Shown here piece after piece: positions 7,478 through 12,599 of a stretch of DNA of 12,599 bases. The DNA lies in the NCBI GenBank assembly GCA_038046625.1, contig JBBSVV010000010.1, positions 1-12,599 on the forward strand. Reading direction: 5' to 3'. The stretch comes from an archaeon (lineage in GTDB: Archaea; Iainarchaeota; Iainarchaeia; Iainarchaeales; Iainarchaeaceae). The notes under the pieces are model-generated. The model worked only from the letters and a program-made list of their open reading frames with translations, was not told the DNA's origin and did no database searches. The stretch's first letter is position 1; every line of letters begins with the position of its first letter. A program made the translations under genes and the position numbers.

Positions 7478-7621
7478 TCAAACAACCACCTGAGCAAAAG
7501 TATAGCCGGCAAAAAATATTGCCGTATGAGAGCCGAAATCAATCAAACGCTCATCTGCTGTCAGCATATATAGCCCAAACGGAGCAACGCAAATCAAAGC
7601 CATGAAAAAGAAGGGAATCAT
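7478..7621 (-). CDS. 47-aa hydrophobic micro-protein (not in the ORF track)
   Basis: MIPFFFMALICVAPFGLYMLTADERLIDFGSHTAIFFAGYTFAQVVV*. The ATG overlaps the upstream stop (TAATG) and is preceded by SD-like GGAGGGG. Two hydrophobic stretches. Confidence 0.55.
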   Translation of the reverse strand: MIPFFFMALICVAPFGLYMLTADERLIDFGSHTAIFFAGYTFAQVVV

Positions 7622-7737
7622 TACAAATCCCCTCCAAACTGACTGAGAATCCAGATTTCCCTGTCAGAGAGAAACTCTGAATCTATTTCCTGGATTGCTT
7701 CCAGTTCTTCTATTGTTGGAATTTTGATTTGAACCAT
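7621..7737 (-). CDS. 38-aa acidic micro-protein (not in the ORF track)
   Basis: MVQIKIPTIEELEAIQEIDSEFLSDREIWILSQFGGDL*. Strong SD GGAGGTG (7745-7751) 7 nt upstream of the ATG. Confidence 0.6.
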   Translation of the reverse strand: MVQIKIPTIEELEAIQEIDSEFLSDREIWILSQFGGDL

Positions 7738-7744
7738 TCTTTGC

Positions 7745-7887
7745 CACCTCCGAAAAGAATGAATTTTTTCCGAAGACGGCTTGGGGCTTTCGCAGGCATT
7801 AAATCCTTTGCACCAAAAGCAAAGGTTCAGACGTGCGAAGGTTTAAGCCGAGAATGCCTAGACGTAGGAAAAAATTCGGCGGAGGTG
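7745..7887. ncRNA. Candidate structured RNA or structured leader, family unknown
   Basis: Complementary pairs: 7745-7752/7880-7887 (8 bp), 7761-7771/7867-7877 (11 bp), 7777-7782/7845-7850, 7789-7794/7834-7839, 7805-7811/7819-7825 (7 bp), plus a crossing pair 7794-7800/7853-7859 (7 bp). Confidence 0.55.
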
Positions 7888-7919
7888 TACTAGCTAGAAG
7901 TAAATCAAATTAGAAAAAA

Positions 7920-8147
7920 CTATATTTTTTGCCCTGGCATTTGCCATCGCATATTAGAGTTCAACTTTTGGCGTTCCAGTTCCCTTTCATCCATAAATTT
8001 ACCTAAAAAAGCAAACACACCTATGGAGAGTAAAATGCTTCCAGCTAGCATAGGAATTGAATCTGGTTGTGTGATGAGAAAACCGCCTATAATGGCAAAC
8101 GCTATTGAGGCAGCATATGGATTATCAATATTTTTTGGAAATTCCAT
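7920..8147 (-). CDS. Small two-helix membrane protein, unknown function
   Basis: 75 aa with two hydrophobic segments and a charged tail. AT-rich, with TTTAAAAA about 25 nt upstream of the ATG. Confidence 0.65.
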   Translation of the reverse strand: MEFPKNIDNPYAASIAFAIIGGFLITQPDSIPMLAGSILLSIGVFAFLGKFMDERELERQKLNSNMRWQMPGQKI

Positions 8148-8236
8148 AGTATTACACTATTCAAATAAAATTTTTAAATTCTACTTTTGGCGGCTTTGCT
8201 AAGCCTTATTAACCAAAAAAGCCCTTAGTTTTGCGT

Positions 8237-8479
8237 ATGGCCAAGCGCAACGAGAGCATCGAGGGGCTGAAGCAGATTGCCGCGAAAAACAAGCAGCACG
8301 AGCTCGAAAAAATTCTTGGAAACATGGTTGTGAAACTGCGCGAAATCGAGGAAATAAGGGCACAGATAGAAAAGGAGCAGTACAGCGGCGGCATCCCGAT
8401 TGAAAAGTCAAGGGAAATGCTTGAGGAAATAAAGGTGCCGAGCCTCGCAATGATAATGGAAGAAAAAAAGAAGCGCTGA
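8237..8479 (+). CDS. Small charged helical hypothetical protein
   Basis: MAKRNESIEGLKQ... (80 aa from ATG 8237). TTATTAA lies about 25 nt upstream, and the gene ends 6 nt before the DUF192 gene. Confidence 0.7.
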   Translation: MAKRNESIEGLKQIAAKNKQHELEKILGNMVVKLREIEEIRAQIEKEQYSGGIPIEKSREMLEEIKVPSLAMIMEEKKKR

Positions 8480-8485
8480 TTCAAA

Positions 8486-8839
8486 ATGCCACTAATTAAT
8501 TCAGCGAGCGGAAAAACCGTTTCTAAAAATGTTCATTTTGCAAAAACTTTTTTTCAAAAATTTAAGGGTTTAATGTTTGAGCGCGCAGATAATTTTGATT
8601 ACGCGCTCGTTTTTGAACTGCCCCGTGAAACGCGAATCGGCGCGAGCGTGCACATGTTCTTCGTTTTTTTTCCTATTGGAATAATTTTTTTGGATTCGGG
8701 GAAAAAAGTCGTTGATAAGGCTGTTTTGAAGCCGTGGATGCTGAATTATACTCCAAAGAAAGCCGCAAAGTATTTTGTCGAGCTACAGCCCGAAAAAATT
8801 TCAGAAATAAAATTAGGGGAAAAGCTTGAGTGGAAATAA
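8486..8839 (+). CDS. DUF192 (UPF0127) family protein
   Basis: Motifs AKTFFQKFKGLMF, VHMFFVFFPIGIIFLD, LKPW and AKYFVEL; 117 aa. Confidence 0.9.
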   Translation: MPLINSASGKTVSKNVHFAKTFFQKFKGLMFERADNFDYALVFELPRETRIGASVHMFFVFFPIGIIFLDSGKKVVDKAVLKPWMLNYTPKKAAKYFVELQPEKISEIKLGEKLEWK

Positions 8840-8857
8840 CAGGATAAATAAAAAAAG

Positions 8858-8880
8858 TTTCGGGAAAAATTTTCCCGAAA
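8858..8880. terminator. Perfect inverted repeat between convergent genes; bidirectional terminator candidate
   Basis: tttcgggaaaa-a-ttttcccgaaa, with an A7 tract at 8850-8856 (T7 on the minus strand). Confidence 0.5.
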
Positions 8881-8882
8881 AA

Positions 8883-9248
8883 TCATTGCGTCGTTCCGAG
8901 ATTGAATTCCTGGCGCGTTCCGTCGGGGCCTATCAGTACCATTGAGACGTTTTTGCCATCCTTGTCGAAGTAGTACTCTACAGTGGCCTGGCCGTCCTCG
9001 GTATTCATTTGGTAGTTTGCTTTGCACCTTCCATCAGCCTGCACGCCTTCAATTGTATAGTTCGCATTTCCCTGCGGACCCGCTGCGTTCCATTGCGCTC
9101 CGGGAGTGCACCAGCCTGAAGTAAGGCCTGTATTTGTTGTGACCGTTGTGCCATCCGGGCCGACATATGTGCTTGTCCCGGGAGCTGCGCAGCCGGCAAG
9201 TACAACTAAAAGGGATAAAGTAGCAATCGAAAATAATGTTGTGTTCAA
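8883..9248 (-). CDS. Putative lipoprotein, unknown function
   Basis: TTG start with SD GGAGGTGA. Signal peptide ends in the lipobox VLAGC, and two further Cys are present. TTATAAAG promoter candidate near 9293-9300. Confidence 0.8.
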   Translation of the reverse strand: MNTTLFSIATLSLLVVLAGCAAPGTSTYVGPDGTTVTTNTGLTSGWCTPGAQWNAAGPQGNANYTIEGVQADGRCKANYQMNTEDGQATVEYYFDKDGKNVSMVLIGPDGTRQEFNLGTTQ

Positions 9249-9371
9249 TTTTTCACCTCCAAAAAAGCAATATAGAGATTGACGCCCTGCAGCTTTATAA
9301 TTTTGACCATTTAGGAAGGATTAAAAAAAGTAACACCCATTATTCGTTGATTGACGAAGTGTGTGTTTGTG

Positions 9372-10832
9372 ATGCCTCGAAAAGCCATTTTTGATTCGGA
9401 AAGAACAGCCGAAATGCTCGGCTGGGCAATCTACAGGCCAAAAAACAAGGTAAAAACGGTTTCTGAAAACGAATTGAGGGAGATTGCAGAGCTTGAAAAC
9501 TCCGAAAGGCTCTACATTGTGAAGAGGCTGCCCGAACTGAGTTCAGCGGAGGCAGAACTCGCCGCTGAAATTACGCGCAGGTTCCTTGAATCAAAAGGAA
9601 AGAGGCGCGAAACAACACTGAAGCAGGAAATGGAGGAGCACTGCAGAAGCCTGAACATCATTCTTGACGAAAGGCAGCGGCAATACATGCCAATTCTTCT
9701 ACATAATTGTGTTGCGGCTGCGGGAATCCTTTCCGAATTGCTCCAAGATGAAAACCTCGAGGAAATAGCGGTTACCGGAACAGGAAAAGCAAAACCGATT
9801 TTTGTTTTCGATTCGAGCTTTGGGTGGCTCGCAACCAACATTTACTTCTCCAGCGCGGACAAGGTTAGGCAGGTCGCGAACGCAATGGCATCGCACACAG
9901 GAAGAAGGATTACAATGCAGAAGCCATCACTGAACGCCGTCCTGAATGACGGCTCAAGAATGAACGCGTGCATCGAGCCTGCCGCATTCACGGGACCGAC
10001 AATAACAATAAGGAAGTTCAGGAAGAGCAGGTTCACGCCCTCCAATCTTATTTCTTTGGGGAGCGTCGGGGCCGAAGAAATGGCTTTGCTCTGGATGGCG
10101 ATGCAGAGCGACTGCTCAATACTGGTTTGCGGCAACACCGGCTCTGGAAAAACCACCCTGCTGAATTCTCTCCTGAACTTCGTGCCAAAAAACGAGAGGA
10201 TTGTTTCCGTGGAGGAAACGCCCGAAATAGTTGTTCCGCATCCGCATTTCGTGAAGCTCAGCACGGTTGATGGAATCGAGATAGGCATGCAGGAACTCAT
10301 AGTGAATACGCTCAGAATGAGGCCGGACAGGGTAATTGTGGGAGAAGTCAGGGAAAAAGGCGAGGCAAAGGCATTCATGGACACAATACTCGCGGGCCAG
10401 GGAAAGGGCACTTACGCAACTTTTCATGCACAGTCCGCCCTTGAAGCGGTCGCAAGGTTGCGGGCATTAGGAATACTCGAAATTGATGCCGCATCCATAG
10501 ACCTCATAGTGACGCAGAAAAGATGGACGGAAAAACATGGCGCCAATTTTCTGGAGCGGAGGGCGCTTGTCGAAATATGCGAACCGCAAATCGTGAAAGG
10601 CGGGCTTTCGCTCAACAGGCTTTTTTCGGCGCACGGGTTCGGGAAAAAAGAAAAAGGAATTGTGCGCAAAAGTTCGCGCGTGAATGAAAAAATATGCAGG
10701 ACTTTCGGCCTCGCGCCTGACGGAATCCGGAAAGAGATATCAAAAAGGGCGGAGTTCCTGAACAAAATTTCCGGAAAAAACTGGGGAGAATACCTTGATG
10801 AAATCAATGGATACTGCAATTCGGAAACTTGA
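9372..10832 (+). CDS. Type II/IV secretion system / type IV pilus assembly ATPase (VirB11/CpaF/TadA/ArlI family)
   Basis: LLQDENLEEI, ITIRKF, Walker A GNTGSGKT, Asp box VSVEETPE, LRMRPDRVIVGEVR (Walker B) and His box TFHA. The start is uncertain (9351, 9372 or 9414). Confidence 0.92.
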   Translation: MPRKAIFDSERTAEMLGWAIYRPKNKVKTVSENELREIAELENSERLYIVKRLPELSSAEAELAAEITRRFLESKGKRRETTLKQEMEEHCRSLNIILDERQRQYMPILLHNCVAAAGILSELLQDENLEEIAVTGTGKAKPIFVFDSSFGWLATNIYFSSADKVRQVANAMASHTGRRITMQKPSLNAVLNDGSRMNACIEPAAFTGPTITIRKFRKSRFTPSNLISLGSVGAEEMALLWMAMQSDCSILVCGNTGSGKTTLLNSLLNFVPKNERIVSVEETPEIVVPHPHFVKLSTVDGIEIGMQELIVNTLRMRPDRVIVGEVREKGEAKAFMDTILAGQGKGTYATFHAQSALEAVARLRALGILEIDAASIDLIVTQKRWTEKHGANFLERRALVEICEPQIVKGGLSLNRLFSAHGFGKKEKGIVRKSSRVNEKICRTFGLAPDGIRKEISKRAEFLNKISGKNWGEYLDEINGYCNSET

Positions 10833-11601
10833 ACAGGATTTGCTCTCACTCGGGGAAAAAAAACCCGTAAAGGGATACCTTGCGGGCGCCGCAAAAATTT
10901 CTGTGCTCGCATTCATTCTCGCGTGGCTGTTGTGGAACCTGTTTTTTTCCGCGCCGGTTGAAGGGATTGCATTCTCCGCGCTCTGCGGCACGTGCGCATT
11001 CGTTTTTATTTTTGGCAGGCCCAAAGCGCGGCTTGAAAGGAAGGCAAGGTTGATTGAAAAGCACCTGCCTTTTGCACTGATGCAGCTGAGTGTGGAGCTC
11101 AACATCGGGATTCCGTTCGAAAAGGCGCTTTCCTCGATTGCCGAATCAGATTATGGCGTCCTTTCAATTGAACTCAAAAGGGCGCTTATAGAGTCAAGGT
11201 CCGGCGTTTCAGTGACGGAAGCCCTTGCCAGGATGTGCGAAAGGAACCGCTCGAGGCTCTTGTCAAGGAGCGTTGCGCAGCTCGCCTCCATTTATGAGAA
11301 GGGCGGAAAGAAGGAACCCGGAGAGGCCATAAGGAGCCTTGCAAAGGAACTGCTTTCCAGGCAAAAGGCGGAGGCAAAGGAATTCTACGGAAAAGCCGCG
11401 GTTTACTCGCTCGCATTCATCGTGGTTTCCGCCATTGTTCCTGCGCTGTTCCAGGCATTTGTAATGGTTGGAAGCAGCTTCATGGAAACGGGCTTTGAGC
11501 CGGAACAAGTGCTTCTGATTGTTGCATTATTATTCCCGCTGACGGACGCGCTTCTCCTTTTCTCCATAAAGGCGAGGATGCCGGAATCCATGAGGCAGTG
11601 A
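10807..11601 (+). CDS. Type II secretion system F domain (TadB/TadC-like) membrane platform protein
   Basis: IEKHLPFALMQLSVELNIGIPFEKAL...ELKRALIESRSGVSVTEAL pattern and four hydrophobic helices. Overlaps the ATPase 3' end; start is 10795-10807. Confidence 0.88.
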   Translation: MDTAIRKLEQDLLSLGEKKPVKGYLAGAAKISVLAFILAWLLWNLFFSAPVEGIAFSALCGTCAFVFIFGRPKARLERKARLIEKHLPFALMQLSVELNIGIPFEKALSSIAESDYGVLSIELKRALIESRSGVSVTEALARMCERNRSRLLSRSVAQLASIYEKGGKKEPGEAIRSLAKELLSRQKAEAKEFYGKAAVYSLAFIVVSAIVPALFQAFVMVGSSFMETGFEPEQVLLIVALLFPLTDALLLFSIKARMPESMRQ

Positions 11602-12491
11602 AAATGGGAAAAAAAGAGTTTGCGGAAATTCTTGGCGCAATAAACTACGGCGGCGGGCTTAGGGGTTTTCTGGGCTTATCGGTTTTTCTGGGGGCGGCAC
11701 TTTCTTTGGCCGTGCTTTACCTTGGATTGTTCGTGCTGAAAAGTGAAAAGGTAAGTGTGGCCTCGGTTCTGGCTTTTTTTGCGCCCCTTGTGCTGAACTA
11801 TTTTTACTGCCTGCATTTGTTCGAGCAGAGGAAAAAATCCATTGAGGATGCGGTTCCTGACATGTTGCTGCTCGCCTCCTCGATTCCGGAGGGAACGAGG
11901 CAGGACAAGACGCTGGGCTTCATGGCAACGCACTCGCCGAGCCCGCTGAGGGAAGAGTTTTCGGCGGCGGAAAGGGAAGTGGAAGCCGGAATGCCACTTG
12001 AACAGGCATTTGAAAAAATAAAGGCGCGGAACAAATCCGCTTCGCTTTCAAGGGCGATTGATTTGATAACGAATTCATTTATTTTGGGAGGAAAGATGCA
12101 GAGCATTTTCCGTGAAACCGCAGAGGACTTCATGGAAACCAACGCAATCATCAGGGAGAGAACAGCCAACGCGGCAATTGAGAAGTACACTCTTTTGTTT
12201 GCAGGGGGATTAGTGGTGCCACTCATACTCGGCCTTGTTTCGGGAATGGTTTCAGGCCTCGATTTTTTGGCCGCTTCCGGAATCGGCATCGGAGCAGGGG
12301 AAGAAGCGCGGAAAAAGCTTTTTGATTACGCGCTCCTCGGGAACGTCATTTACATCATTGAATACGCGGTGATTGCCTCGGCTTTCGTTGCCTTCACGGA
12401 GAACCAACAGCGGAAAGCTGTTGTGTACGCATTCTTCCTTGTTCCGTGCGGGCTGGTTGTGTATTTCCTCGGGAGCGGGTTTTCATTGTAA
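11598..12491 (+). CDS. Second type II secretion system F domain (TadC-like) membrane protein
   Basis: IEDAVPDMLLLASS...PLREEFSAAEREVEAGMPLEQAF pattern. GTGA start/stop overlap with the previous gene; multiple TM helices. Confidence 0.88.
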   Translation: MKMGKKEFAEILGAINYGGGLRGFLGLSVFLGAALSLAVLYLGLFVLKSEKVSVASVLAFFAPLVLNYFYCLHLFEQRKKSIEDAVPDMLLLASSIPEGTRQDKTLGFMATHSPSPLREEFSAAEREVEAGMPLEQAFEKIKARNKSASLSRAIDLITNSFILGGKMQSIFRETAEDFMETNAIIRERTANAAIEKYTLLFAGGLVVPLILGLVSGMVSGLDFLAASGIGIGAGEEARKKLFDYALLGNVIYIIEYAVIASAFVAFTENQQRKAVVYAFFLVPCGLVVYFLGSGFSL

Positions 12492-12493
12492 GC

Positions 12494-12599
12494 AACCCTT
12501 TCGCCGGTTCGCCCTGTCGGGTGCAAGGGGAGCGAGTACCATCTTCGCTTGGGCTCGATAGTAAGAACTGCACTGCCGGAGGCGTGCGCCCCCCCCGCC
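12494..12599 (-). ncRNA. GC-rich structured ncRNA resembling the HgcC family (Rfam RF00062); 5' end at or beyond the window edge
   Basis: Minus strand GGGGGCGCA..CCGG.CAGUGCA..CGAGCC..AGCGA..GUAC.UCGCU..UUGCACCC.GACAGGG..CCGG.CGAAAGGG. Stems: 12504-07/12576-79, 12521-25/12569-73, 12531-35/12545-49, and CCC-GACA-GGG. The family resemblance is from memory of HgcC motif order, not from a search. Confidence 0.55.

Noticed and set aside
6441..7481. Intein-encoded or intron-encoded endonuclease
   Set aside because: There are no intein N- or C-terminal splicing motifs and no host extein. The tRNA intron is only 46 nt and the ORF lies almost entirely upstream of it. No group I core was recognised.
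7770..7866. Known self-cleaving ribozyme (hammerhead, HDV-like, twister)
   Set aside because: The CUGANGA core is absent (CUGAACC instead), and stem and loop sizes do not match the HDV P3/L3/P1.1 layout. Kept only as an unknown structured element.
207..12289. Numerous short overlapping or antisense ORFs in the six-frame track
   Set aside because: They are shadows of well-supported genes and show no recognisable motifs or start signals.
12373..12561. 62-aa + strand ORF, or 5S/SRP/RNase P RNA identity for the right-edge element
   Set aside because: The ORF overlaps the TadC-like gene out of frame. The hallmark motifs of 5S rRNA, SRP helix 8 and RNase P P4 are not visible.

Overview
Archaeal chromosomal window. 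Evidence: a BHB-type tRNA intron, a tRNA with no encoded CCA, TATA-like boxes about 22-25 nt before start codons, and a PCNA PIP-box on DinB. A DPANN-type host is plausible but unproven. The left part holds a 5'-truncated Ig-repeat membrane-anchored surface protein, a geranylgeranyl-reductase-family flavoprotein, a Y-family polymerase (dinB/dpo4) and a DUF4870 membrane protein. The right part holds DUF192, a lipoprotein, a type IV pilus/Tad-like ATPase with two TadB/TadC-type proteins, and a GC-rich structured RNA at the window edge that resembles HgcC. The centre (about 5050-8190) is a largely AT-rich accessory patch around an intron-containing tRNA-Gln(CUG), with several layers. (i) A hicB-hicA module is closed by a degenerate copy of the tRNA 3' end. 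(ii) A 704-bp transposase-less cassette with perfect 15-bp terminal inverted repeats and an 8-bp direct repeat sits exactly at the tRNA 3' end and carries one lipoprotein gene. (iii) A free-standing HTH-LAGLIDADG endonuclease gene runs through the tRNA 5' exon and stops inside the tRNA intron. (iv) Two translationally coupled micro-ORFs lie behind a highly base-paired, possibly pseudoknotted ~143-nt element that hides their Shine-Dalgarno site. All calls come from reading the sequence; no database searches were run.
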